Assembly (NCBI GenBank): GCA_000165425.1
Contig: CT868318.1
Location: 337,067-401,066 of the forward strand
Reading direction: 5' to 3'
Length of the DNA stretch: 64,000 nucleotides
Origin: Paramecium tetraurelia
Taxonomy: Eukaryota
Shown here: positions 37,256 to 54,191 of the stretch, one piece after another
Numbering within the stretch: position 1 is the stretch's first letter
How the letters are laid out: each line of letters starts with the position of its first letter
Translations under genes and position numbers: made by a program
Notes under the pieces: generated by a model
Told to the model about the DNA's origin: nothing
Databases searched by the model: none
What the model saw: only the letters and a program-made list of their open reading frames with translations

Positions 37256-40200
37256 TCATTAGTATTTATCTTTGAAAAACCTAGTTGGAATTCCTTTTTC
37301 TGGGTTAATCTAATTTATATTTAATTTTTACTTTATAATACAATTTTTTACAAAAATCTTCTAATTAAGAGAAGGGAATTGAAATTGCTCCGAATCCAAT
37401 GTAATTTGCAACATTATTTAAAGCACTAGCAGGTAAGGCTGCTAATTATAATACTGCTGATGTGACTCCACACGTGAAATCATAACTTCCCTCAATTAAA
37501 CCATACAACTACAATATCATATTATTTATTACAAAGCCATTGTTTGAAACAAAGGGTTTACTAAACATATTAATTATGCCATCAGTAAATGAACTAGCAA
37601 CTTTAGTTATATCAAGAGTACTGTATGCTTAAAATATGATCCTAAAAGTAGATAATTATTAACTAATTAAAAACTAAATGAATTCTTATTTTGAGGTTGA
37701 ATTTTACTAATAAAAGTGCAATATCTGATTAGTTGCTAAAATTAAATTATTGAATGATCCAAGTTTTAAGACTTGAGTTTTAAATCCCTCGGCATCTAAA
37801 CCTTCTGAGTCAAATGAAACTATAAATTATATTGGAAATAATTCAACTTGTAAATTAAAAGGCTCTCCTTATTTTATAATTTCAAAAGATTCATCATCCT
37901 CTTCATTATTATTGGTAAATATACTATTTTCTTCCTTCTCTTTTTTTGAGAAGGATTTTAGTAATATTTGAAATTAATATCCCGATAAACATATCCTTAC
38001 AGGTTTTAATTATAATTTGAATACAAGGCTATTTTGATCAAATTACATTAATAAATCTAAAAATGGACTCTCCTTTATTAAATCATTTTTGGCTTCTTCA
38101 AATTCATTTAAGTCTTCCTCATCAAGCATATACTTAAATTTACTCTGCTAATGCAAATCTAATATATAAGCTCTACCTAATTTCAAATGACAACACTTAT
38201 CTCCCAATTTGCATTAAATATAATGTATGTTTAATTCAAATGAATGAGATTCAGTAGTTAGATTTAATTAATCACAGAATATTTCGAAAATTGTTGCTTT
38301 CATTTCAATTTTATCTATTTTCTCATAATTTTTCTTTTCATTAACCTAATCCTTTTTAAAATCTTTAGCTATGTGTTCAAAATGATCTATAAGATTGACC
38401 ACTATCTATTTAGAAATATGGAAAAATTGAATAGAATTGATTTTCATAACTTTATTATTTTGTAATTCAATTTTTTGAATCTGCCCTATTTTCTAGTATT
38501 GATTTAAATTTATTAATTCATCATTTCGAATAGCAGTATTATTATTTCGAAAATAATGCTAAATTTCTTCAATTTGAATTAAGTTATCCGTAATAAGTGT
38601 GTTATTAATTATGAAAATTGATCTTGTCCAAGATGGATATTATTCATTTGAGTATCTTAATTTCGCTTGTCTTTTTTTCTATAGGATAACTTCTTCATTG
38701 TAAAAAGGCAAAGCATCAATTATTATTTATTTAAAGGAAGTTAAAATTTATTTTTTTTCACCTTCTGGTTATTAAGGAGGATTCATCAATTATACTGACT
38801 TTATTAACCTTATTATACAGGAACTTAATATTTAAAAATTGAAATCTAGTAAGTTTAGTTTGAGAGCTGAGAATTCAAGTTTGATTCGATTTTATTTCAT
38901 TATTAGACTGAATACCCATTTATCTTAAACTTAATTCTGCAGCAATAATAAAGGATTATTTTTAAAAGAAGCATTTAAATCTTCTAATAATATAAAATGG
39001 TAATCAATAGTGAAATAATATTTGAATTGCTTGAAACAAAAAATTAGAGTATCAAATATCGTAGCTTCAATCGTTTTGATTTTAGTGGAAAAATAAATAT
39101 TTTATTGTTTTTTTTAATTGTTTTATTATTATTTCTAATTACCATTGAATACTTAGTTTAACTAAGCAATCATTGTATAGACATTATCTAATTAATCATG
39201 TTTTAAATAGACATTTTCCAATTCCAATTCAAAATGTAGCGCTTACCTTTATTTACATTCTTTCAAGTATTTAAGTATTTATGGTTTATTTTATTCGTCC
39301 AATTACTTTAATCTTTCAGTTGAAATTTTGAGTAATGATCCAAAATAACCACTCAAATTGTTTATTAATATTTAATTATCTACTCCAGAAATCCTTGGAC
39401 ATCCAAATTTGAATTAATTCTTATATTAATATGATGAGGATTGCTGTTTATCATCTTCTGGAGTGGTTATGAAAAAATCAAAAAATTTTAATTCCACATA
39501 ATCTTCATTTCCAGGTTGTAGAGTACTACTAATAATTGACTAGGATTCATTAACATGATAATAGGCAGAAAATTTCGTTTTAGATAGTTAGAATTTGCCC
39601 TTTGATATATTTTGATTTTTAGTTTTAGGCTAGTTATCATTGATAATATCAACAATGCTCATGATAAATTTAAGTTAATTTTAGTCTAAGATCAAGTTAA
39701 AAGGTGCCATATCCATATTAATGGTTTAATCCATAATTTCTAGTTTAATTGGACTAACAAATTGAATTTAGGATACAAATATAGTTGGTTCTTCAATTAG
39801 AATTTCGCAACCATCTTTAAATAAATCCTAACCAGAGTACTAATCTTTTCCTGTTTTCAAGATAATCTTGCATAAACACTTTTAATCTCCAATGATATCA
39901 AAATCTTATTCCACTTACTAAACTGAATCTCTTATGCTTTTGAATCTAGGGTCCAACTTTTATAACTCATAAATGAACGCAGAATTAACAAATATATTTA
40001 ATTTATTGTTATTTTTTATTGCTCTAATATCATATAATGAAATTGAGTAATAGTTTTCTAAATTAACCTTAAAGTATTGCTATTAATAATTAAATTCTTG
40101 ATCAACCTCAGTAGAGGTTATATACAGAATTAAACCTTTGAATGAAAAGTTCAAAAATTCTTATTATTCATTCATTTGTTTAACTGAAGAACAGAAATCT

Positions 40201-41333
40201 TAAATTTTAGTGTCTGAAATATCCTAAACAATAATTCTGCTCTCTTCAATTTCTTATATGAATGTATACTTCAAATTATATGATTTCTTAAAGTACTCTT
40301 CTAACATATATTTGTTTAAATTTATAGTTTTTCTAAGTTATTCTGATTATTAATTATGAAGATTTCCTGTCCTTAAGTCATTGGAGCTTAATTTTAAAAC
40401 TTCATTTAGAACAGTTTATCTTTATTCCAAAACTTATGCACTCTAAGCAAATAATGAAGATATTTAATCGATTTAACTTAAGGAAGCAACTATTTGAAGT
40501 TATTCAGCTTAAATTTTTATTTTTGGTTCTGTATTTTAAGTTAAAAAGACATCTAATTTTACAGCATTGTTTATTTAACCAATTTACTTATTTTCATCGA
40601 GATATAGTTTTATTTAATCAACAAATGCTAAAAAAAGAATTTAATTGCTATTTTAAGGTTTTTACATAGTGCAATCGATTTTATTGATTCGAAAGGATAT
40701 ATTAGATTCTGTATCTGGTTTTATTTTGCCTGTAAATTTTACCCTTAAATTTTAAATATCTATTTTAATATTCCCAAAAATGCTGTCAATTATTCTTAAA
40801 ATCTAAACAATTTTAGATGAAGGTTATTTTTGTTCATTTTATTGAGCTGGTGGAGTTATTATTTCTTCTTAAAAAAAGGTGTCGTCATTTTAATTCTAAA
40901 TTGAAAAATAATTATTACTAAGAATTCATTTTTTAGTTGCTCTATTTACTTTTGAATACTTTTGTTCATTATATCTTCAACTTCTAATGATTCTAAAGCT
41001 TCTTCTTATTTAATTTAAGTATTTAAATCCAAGGTTAAGTCAACATCACTCACTAGCAATTACAATTTTTCAAGCTTTATAAGTTCTATTTTTAAAGAAA
41101 AATAAAATACTAATGGAAAATTCTTTTAAGGTGTTTGTTTTCATCATTCCATTTAAATATTTTGTGTTTAATTTAACATTTGTAATTCCTTTATTTAAAT
41201 CTTTAATAGCAATTTTCTATTCAAAAATGTTTTCAAAATTATAGTCTATGATGGGTTGTAATGTTTTTTCAATAATTTTTGACTTTGCTTTGGTTGCTAG
41301 TCCTCCAAAGAAAGAAAAAATGGGTTCAAACAT
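37256..41333 (-). CDS. ATG2/VPS13-like bridge lipid-transfer protein
   Basis: Chorein-like start MFEPIFSFFGGLATKAKSKIIEKTLQPII...GITNVKLN. C-terminal FQVELFPINFIVSFDSEGLD...VASSFTDGIINMFSKPF...LIEGSYDF resembles the ATG2 C-terminal region. Confidence 0.55.
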
Positions 41334-41668
41334 TTAATATATGTAAAAATAATTATATATTTTTGAATATTTGTATTTCTTTACAAATATTCAGCAATAT
41401 AGATTTGAATCTCTAAAACTATTACCTAAAAAGATTTTAATACTAATATTTATAGAATACTCCTATTTTCTATTAGTTTAAATGATAAATAATGCTTATC
41501 GTATGTAAACTGAAATATTGTAAATTCATCATATTTTTAATATATATTTTATTATTATATATATTTGATTTATAAATAACATTTGGAATTATGGATTATT
41601 TTAAGAGTTTGGAAATTCCAAAAAGTCCTTTAAAAATAAAAAAACATATGTTTTTATAAATATATTTG

Positions 41669-42489
41669 ATGTTTATTCATATACCAGCGAAAGACTTGTA
41701 CGTTAGCGAACCTGATCCTCGCTATTTTGGGAACCCCAAAAACGATGATCCCAAGGTTAATTGGTTAAAGAGTAGATTCCACTTTAGTTTTGCAGGTATT
41801 AATTACAAATATTCAAGAATACCGTGATCCTTAGAATTAATAATTCGGTGTATTGAGAGTAATGAATGATGACTTAGTCTAACCTAACAGAGGATTTGGA
41901 GAGCATCCTCATTCAAACATGGAAATTGTTAGCTACATTGTTTAAGGAGAACTAACACATGGGGATTCAAAAGGAAATAAGGAATCACTCGGAAGAGGCT
42001 CAGCATAATATATGAGTGCAGGCTCAGGAGTATACCACTCTGAATTCAATTTATCAAAAAATGAAGTTTGCAGATTCATATAAATTTGGATTATGCCAAG
42101 ACAAACTCATACAAAAGTTTAATACAAGAGTTATAGAGGCTAGGATGGCTAAGCTGATAATAAGTGGTTCCATTTAGTAGGAGATTTGTAATAAAATTCT
42201 TAAGCTCCTGCTAAAATTAATCAAGATGCTAATATCTGGACAAACGAATTTACAACAGAATAAAGATTTGAAGTATTACTATATCAATAAATTATAGATC
42301 AAGGAAGGCAGGTAAGCTTACCTTCTATGTGTTGAAGGTTCTTTTGAATTGAATGTTGATGTATGTTTACCTTTGCAAGATGTCAAAAGCTAATTAGTAA
42401 ATTAGCATGATGGAGTGAAGGTATTCAAAAGCATCATTCTCAAACCAAAAGGCAAAGCTCATGTCTTATTGATTGAGATGAATAAGTGA
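41669..42489 (+). CDS. pirin-family bicupin (YhhW-type quercetin 2,3-dioxygenase-like)
   Basis: WLKSRFHFSFAEY..FGVLRVMNDDLVQPNRGFGEHPHSNMEIVSYIVQGELTHGDSKGN...MSAGSGVYHSEFN...FIQIWIMP. Confidence 0.93.
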
Positions 42490-42552
42490 TTAACATCACT
42501 TGGTGATATATATATATATATAAGTATCAAATTATAAATATTTCATTTTATA

Positions 42553-46154
<3,602 letters not shown>

Positions 46155-46207
46155 TCTGATATTAACTTAAATATATAAATATTTATCATATAAAATTATT
46201 TATTTAT

Positions 46208-47169
46208 TCATCTTTCTCCTCTTTTTCTTCATTAGGTGGCATAGATCATCAAAATTGCTTTGAAATAATTATAATTCTGCATTTCGCCTTAATCTTATTC
46301 TTATCTTTCTTATTGATTTAACCGTTTCAATCTTTATGTTTCCTTCTCTTTATCTAAAACTAAATTTGGTGTAATTTGACTTTATTTTATTACTATATTA
46401 TATTGCTCTAACCTTAGTTCAGTTTCCCATAATATATTCAATCCTAACATGACTTTTCTTAATTATGGATTTAGATATAATTTATATATTTAAAGAAACA
46501 ATCATCTCCATCATCCTTATCCTTCATCAACTATGAGATTTTAATCTAATGATTTCACAAATACAATCTATCTTTTATATTTTATTTATATTTTACAATT
46601 TTTTTCTAATAACACTCAAATCATCAAACAATTTTCTCTTTTATTTTTATTGGCAGTTGGAAAATTGGTTCTATCTTTAAAATTATCATGAGAATAATTT
46701 AAACAATTAGGAAGGATCTTTAAATTGATAATTACAATTTATTATCAGAATCCTTCGATATATTTTAATTATCAGACTAATTTATTCACTTTCTATTAAT
46801 TTTTGATCAGTAATTTGCGTTCTACTAATTATTTAATTAATTTTTCTTATTTTATTTTATATTCTTCTTTAATTAACTGTCTCTCTAACTCTATTTCAAA
46901 GCATTTTTGCAGCTTCTACAATATTACATAGATCAAATAAAATTGATAAATCTTTACTTATTCTTCCTTATCAAATTATGTTCTGTATATTTATTCAATT
47001 TCGATCATGTATTTTAAAGAGATATGACAGGTATCCACTTTTTGTTGAAAAGTAATTATAAAGTGTGAATATCTATGTAAATTTATTATTTATTATTTTC
47101 GGTTATATTATTCTCTTTACCTCTATCATGTTAAAAGAATATCTGAATCTCAAATAGAGTTTTATTCAT
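46208..47169 (-). CDS. hypothetical coiled-coil protein
   Basis: Ciliate-code ORF rich in Q/E/K, TGA at 46208-46210. Confidence 0.55.
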
Positions 47170-47275
47170 TATTATGAATCTAGTTTTCAAAATATCTTGT
47201 GGCAATTTGTTAATTGATTTTGGTATCAGAATAATATAAATACATTAATTAAATATACAGAGAGAATTCATTATT

Positions 47276-49635
47276 ATGTAGAGGACATAATCAAATGTTT
47301 CTATTTTGAATGCATGGTTCAATTTGGAGAAGGCTTTGATTGATGCTTAAGTGCCTGAAAATGAGCAGGTTGCAATAATTTCAAGGCCACCTACATCAAA
47401 GATGATGAGAGATTATTCAAATTATCACTCAGTATGAGAATGGTTTGAACTTTAGCAACAAAGGGCTTAATCATTAAGACCTTTGACTGGACTGACAAGA
47501 CCTTCAACTGCAATAACAATGAAGAAGCCTGTTGAATATTAAGAGAAAACAGCAACAATTTAATAATCTTAAAGAAAGATTTTCAGAAAGAAAGTGAACC
47601 AAAGACCCTATAAAAAGTATGGTTTCGATAACATTCATATTCAAAAGTAATATTGAGTATAATTATAGGGAAGAATAGGAAGGGGATATTTCAGAAGAGG
47701 AACTGAATTCATCAACAGTTATACACACTTTAGATGTAGATTAAATAATAGATTTATACAATAGTAAGTGTAAAGATCGTGAACTTGAATATTAACCAGA
47801 ACATGGTGTTCTATTTATCGAAAAGTTTAAGAAATTATGCATAGATGAGCAATTCATTTGTGAAGACAATTAACTAGGTTTGGAGAGTGCCAAAACAATC
47901 AGAGACATCCTACTCTATAACAATCATTTCTCTACTTTGAGATTAGCAAGAAATTCAATAGGAGACGAAGGTCTTGTAGAGTTGTTAGAGATGTTGAAAG
48001 TCAATAACAATATAGTTCATTTAGACTTATCAAGTAACAATTTAACAGCAGATGGCGCTTTTTATTTATTTAATGAGTTAGTCCCTTTACATTCGATTAT
48101 CTCTATTGAATTATCAAGTAAAGATGGTTTGAATAGAAACAAAGTATCTGTCAAAGGATGTGAACCAATTGAAACTATTTTAAAATACAATCATCCTCTT
48201 CAATTTCTAGGTTTGAGAGGTACTTCAATCTAGAATGCAGGATTTGAATGCATTCTATCTGGATTGTAAACAAACAATACATTAACCTACTTGAATGTTT
48301 CTAACAATGATCTAAATGAGGAAGCTTGCAATTATATGGTTTAATATATTTCAGTTTGTAATCTGGTTGAATTAGATTTAAGTTACAATCCTTTGGGTAA
48401 TAATGGAATGGACTATTTGTCAAGGATATTTGATAAAGGCAGTTTTATGTTAAAAAAATTAAATTTGGCAGGATGTGAAATCAAATCATTAGGCATTTTG
48501 AAATTTTTTCAAAGTTTATCTGTGAATCGATTTTTGGAAAAGTTGATTTTAGATGAAAATCACTTTTCTGGAAATGGAGTCAATGAAATTGAAAATGTGT
48601 TGACATCCAGAATACCATTGGCTTACCTATCAATGGCTAAATGTAGTATTAATGCAACAGGAGCTGAGTTCATAGGCAATGGAGTAGAAAGAAATAGAAC
48701 ACTTAAAACACTTATATTAAGGGATAATAGATTGACTGATGTAGGGGCTGAATGTATATTTAAAGGACTATTTTTTGAGAAGTTAGATTTGAAGAGATGC
48801 AATCTTACTGATAAATGTGTACTGGGTTTATGCAGTATGATTAAACAAAGTACTTAATTAACAACGCTATTGCTACCTGATAATGGGTTTCATGATTCTT
48901 CAGGAATTGTAATATGTGAAGCTATTAGAGTGAATTCATCAATGTAATTATTATGGAATAATTAGATTAAATTTAGATATATGTGAAAACCCTTTGAGTT
49001 ATAAATACATTGATTAAATTAATAAGGTTATTGAAACCAATAGATTGAAATATGAATTGGATAGAGTTCCTATGTATAAAAGAGAGATTGTTAAACTTAA
49101 TAACATTATCTAATAAAAGCCAACTTTGGAAAAAGATTAAAATGAAAATCAATAAAAAAAAGCAAGATCTCTTTAAACATTGGAAAAAACAATTGAAGAA
49201 AAAAACAGAGTTAAGATTGAACAAATATAAAAGACTACTGACATGGATGCTAGATTAATATAAATATAATAATAATCAAGGTAAATGGATATTGACAAAA
49301 TTAAATTTGATAATGAATCCAATATATATTTGATTAAGATGGATGATGAGATGAATGAGTATCAAAAGAAAATGTCTGAATGTCATTAAGTAATTACTCG
49401 TTTAGAAAAAGAAATAAGGGGTTTAAAGGATTAGAGACATGTTCGGAAGGGCCAAATCGACTCTAGATTGGAAATGCTAAGACAATTAAACAGAGCGGAA
49501 GAAAGAGCACTTTAGAGAGCAGAAATTGAGAAAAAACAATTAGAAGAAAGGATAAAGGCCATGCAAGGGAAGGAATCCATTACTAGTAGAAGGAAAACTA
49601 AGTAATTGTCTTAAATTATTTAATAAAAATAATGA
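47276..49635 (+). CDS. ribonuclease-inhibitor-type LRR protein with C-terminal coiled coil
   Basis: Repeated LxLxxNxIxxxG units (TLRLARNSIGDEGL, HLDLSSNNLTADGA, TLILRDNRLTDVGA). First in-frame TGA at 49633-49635. Confidence 0.85.
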
Positions 49636-51173
49636 ATAAAAAATATACATCTTCCAACTTAAATCCGAAGGTCTTAGACGATAGAGACGAAATTAATTTT
49701 GGAACTTCCCTTATTGATGTAATTATAGATTAGAATCTTTTTTAATATCTAATATCCTTTCTTGATACTACAAGTCTCATTAATTTTTAGCTATCATCAA
49801 AAGTGTTTAAAATCAGACATTGGAAGAATAACTTTAAGAAATTTATATTTGGAAGAGTATGCAAGCCATTGGATCATAGATTAATCTCTTAATTCATCAT
49901 CGATCAAAGGTGTAGTTAATTTATTTTCTGGGATTGGGTAATTGATTTTAAAAGGTTAAACTTATAATATTCTCAACAATATAAGTAGTATTCATGTCAG
50001 CAATCAGTTGAAGCAACTAATATATAAAAAGATATTGATAGAACCTTCTCATAACATTAGTACTTCAAACAAATTCATAATCGACAAAGATTGCAAAGAA
50101 TTCTTATAGCCTTATCTAAAATACAAGAATAAATTGGCTATATTTAAGGATTCAATTAAATTGCAGGTTGTTTCCTAATAAATGGTCTAAATGAACAACA
50201 AACATTTTGGATAATGTATTATATTTTAAAGAAAATGAAATATTCTACAATTTTCGAAGATTAATTTAATGAACTTAAATTTTTGAATTTTACTGTTGCA
50301 GTTTTTCTAAGGAATTATGTTCCATTTTTATCTGATGAATTTGTAAATATTTTCATTTATTTAGTTATAAAACAAAATAGACATTGGAATCATAACAACT
50401 AGATGGTTTTTGGTGATCTTTGGCTATGATTTACCTCAGTAATTAGTAATAATATACAAATATCTTAGTTAATTTAAGTTTGGAATATGTTCTTATTAAA
50501 AGGCATAAAAATATTAATACGAGTCTCAGTGGCTATTTTTAAATTAGTTTCTGAATCTTAAGGAATAGATGATTTATATGAATTGCTCAAAGAAAATTTA
50601 TTTGATCTCCTAGAAACTAATGTTTAATTGCAACAGAAGTTGATTGAATATTTCTTAACCATCAAAATAACCAATCGTTTAATAAGAGAATTAAGATATA
50701 AATTTGAGACTGGAGATGAATCACTAATTCTCTCATTTGATTCTGACTAAAAAAAACATTATTGGAGAAAAGGTGCTGATGGTGCTCGAAGTTTAATTAG
50801 CTCATTTAATGAGATAATTAGTGAAATTTAAGAAGAAAAAGATGCATGCTTTTAGCGATCTTAATTGTTCATGAATGCTTTTTTTCCTAAGTTGATAAAC
50901 AAAAATTATTTAGAAAGTTCAGAAGGCAAAAAGAACGTATCTATTAAAATTGAAAAATAACCTTAGCTGATCAAAGGATAAATTATATCTTAACAATTTA
51001 ATCTATCGATTCCATAATCTGCTAATGGAGATTAAGTAATGATTTTCAATAATTAGGAATCTAACATATATGCAGATGAACTCTAGAGTAGAATGAGTCC
51101 AAAGGAAGATGAATCTATAGAACTTGAATGTACTCCAGAAAAAATATTCAAATTTTCTAATAAAAAAAGATGA
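49632..51173 (+). CDS. TBC-domain Rab-GAP with an F-box-like N-terminal motif
   Basis: IQKDIDRTF (Arg finger) and IGYIQGFNQIAG (Gln finger). N-terminal QNLFQYLISFLDTTSLINFQLSSKVF. Confidence 0.85.
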
Positions 51174-51651
51174 ATTAATTTCATATTTTAATATTTTACT
51201 AATTCTATCCAATTATTAATCATTTAATTAAATAATTCAAAGGAAAATATAATTATTTGGAATAGATTGACTTGAAGTTATATGTTTCTATTGTAAAATT
51301 AATATATTATAATGAATTTATATTTAAATTATATATTAATTTTGGATGGAAAAGATAGATTTCTTAATAGTTTTAAATTTAGAAGGTTCCTTCAAAATAT
51401 CATTAAGACAATGCCATTCTTGTTTCCTTTATCCGTGTTTTATATATATATATATAGAAATAGAATAAATTTAGCTTCTCTTATAGATTATGCTATATGT
51501 TCCATTAACTTAATAGTAAACTCATTAAAATAAAAAGAAAATGATCTTGTAATCTTCAAAATTTGAAGAAGATTGTAAATATACAAATATTCTAAAATAT
51601 AAATAGCTAAAGGTGTTAATTTTAATTTTAAAATAAATATGCATAAACCTC

Positions 51652-52231
51652 TCATTACTATGATGATTGTTGTTAAAATAATTATTATTGTTATGACAAT
51701 GGGATTTTATATTGACAATCTTGCTTCTTACCCTATTCTAAGATGGTATGTTCAGTTTCACAAATACCGCATAATATTTTTCTATTTGGACTTAATCTTA
51801 AAGTTTTCTTACATACATTTGATTTATGTCCAACTTCCTAACAAGATTTACAGATGACTGGTTTAACATTTATTTCACTTTATTTGAATGTAGCTTATTC
51901 TTATTTTAATTTTGAGTAAAATTTTTCTGTAAATTTGAGTTCTTAAGTTCTATCATTCAAGTCGAATAATTTGACATGTTGCATTTTACATTCAGGTCCA
52001 TCCTTACAAAATCCATATACATAATCCATGCATAATTTCCTTACTATGTGTTTTCTAAAAGTTTTGATACAATTTTAACTTATCACATGAAGGACCCAAA
52101 TAACAAAATCCTTTGTCATAATCAGGACATGGCCAATATTTATGTTCTAATGTGCATTGAGGTTTAATGCAATTATCCTTCTAAAATTCCATACATAAGG
52201 GCTTGTCTTTCGAACCTGTAGGATTGAACAT
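51652..52231 (-). CDS. CPSF30/YTH1-like CCCH zinc-finger protein (three CCCH + zinc knuckle)
   Basis: CMEFQKDNCIKPQCTLEH, CPDYDKGFCYLGPSC..KH, CMDYVYGFCKDGPECKMQH, knuckle CKSCQEVGHKSNVC. Confidence 0.8.
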
Positions 52232-52263
52232 AGAAATATTAATAATTTAATTAGTATAATTAA

Positions 52264-54094
52264 TCATTTTTTTTTTTTTACTTTTCTATCATTTAAAGAG
52301 CCCAATAACATCCACATATTCTCGTCATTTGGATAACCAATAACTGGATAGTCAGAATGCATTTCTTCCTTGATTTAAGGTAGTTAATCTTGAATTAGAA
52401 TTGATTATTACAAATGGATGGCAATGATTATTTATGTGGCTACTATTATGGGGGAAATAAAACATCAAGTGTTAATTTGAATGCGTCATCTAGCATTCTA
52501 GGAATATACATTTTTAATAATGGGCTTGATTCTTCTATGCATGGATTTGTATTAACTTCTATTAACCACACTTCTTGATCTGCATCCAAAATAAAATCAA
52601 ATCCAAAAATCTCAAAGCAATACTTTCGGTCTTCAAAATTAATTTTACTGCGAACTGAATTAAAAACCATCCATATTCTTTCTTTCATTTTGTTTATAAG
52701 CTTAAAATATTAATTATTTTACATCCTCGACATTACATACAATGTTTTATGATTTCAAATATTCTTAATAGTTTTTGAATGATAACTGATTACCATCTTC
52801 GAATTCTCCGTAATTTTTTGAATACTTTTAAATTGCATTATTTGTTAGATGAACAAAAGTATTCTCTATGTTATAGGTGAAATCTTCAGAGGATGTTCGA
52901 ATGTATCCTTCTTAAAAGAAATATGTATCCAACTCTTGAGTCACTAATCCCCATACTCTTATGTCAAATTTTCTTTTATTAATCAAGGCTGGTCTTTCAA
53001 TATATTTTTGAATAACAAATGATTGAGATTTTATAATGCAAGGTCCTGATGGCTATTATCTAATATATTAATTTGGATCTTTTTTCGTTCCTTATGCACT
53101 TTAAACCTACTTTGGTGGATCCTCCTCCCCAGAAGATTCATCCTTTTAATTCAGAGTTTTTTCTTTTAAACCTTCTTAAAATTCAGATACTAATTTAACT
53201 AAAGTTTCTAGGTTATCAAATATTTAAATTCCTCTTCCTCTATTTAAAAAAGTAGGCTTTAATAACCACATATAAGTTGAATCTTCTGACAGAAAGGTAT
53301 TATTCATTTGAATTTTTTGAAATTAGGAACTTGATTCCCTTTAATAAGAATTACAGAAATTTCCTCTCAATCTTCTTTTAACATCAAGCATTTATTTGGC
53401 TTATGGCTTTTTAGGGGCAAATTGTTCATAAGTCTTAAGGAATTGAGTAATATTTTAGTCACAATTCTCATCGCTAAAATCAATCACAAAGGTTAATGGA
53501 GTATAATCAAAAACATTCAGTTTATGTTTCTAAAAATATACTTATTTTTACTTCACAGTATTAGGAGAGATTCTTAATTAGATATGATTTATTTGATATT
53601 TCTCTATGATGTTCAAAATGATTAACAAGTTATTTGTAATTTTAACTTACAATCAATCTTTCATATCTGTAACCTCTTTCACTTTGTTACCATTTAAAAT
53701 TAACAAACATCGAACTAGAGTCAGTGGTTTCTTTCCATTAAGTCCTTTTTGACATCACTCTTTTAACTAGAGCTTCATTGTTGCCCCATCCGACATAATA
53801 CTATTTGAATTATTTTTATTTATTTACTTTTAAACCAAAATCTTACGGAGCTGGTTTGAACTGATTTCTTTTTTTGGAAAAACTAGTTGATTTAGGATTT
53901 AATTTTCTGGTCACATTAGGCAATTACTCTTGTTTTTATTAAACTCTCTCTTTTGTTTTGCTCTTTTTATGTTGTAATTGTGATTAAGTAAATTGAGGTT
54001 TTATTTATGGACTTTAAGACTTGAATTTCGTTTCAGTTTTATTGCGTGGTCTCCTATTTTCCACTGTTATGGTTGATTCTTCGGACAAATTCAT
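52264..54094 (-). CDS. tubulin-tyrosine-ligase-like protein (glycylase-type TTLL)
   Basis: [73 protein letters not shown]. Confidence 0.92.
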
Positions 54095-54191
54095 GATTAT
54101 AAATTCTGAAAATAATTATTTATATTATAACTTTTAGCATATCTAAAATTTAACATATGTAAAAGATATGTATTTAGATTAATCAAGACAC

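Noticed and set aside
42505..42522. (AT)n run, also near 51441-51456
   Set aside because: Trivial microsatellite in AT-rich intergenic DNA.
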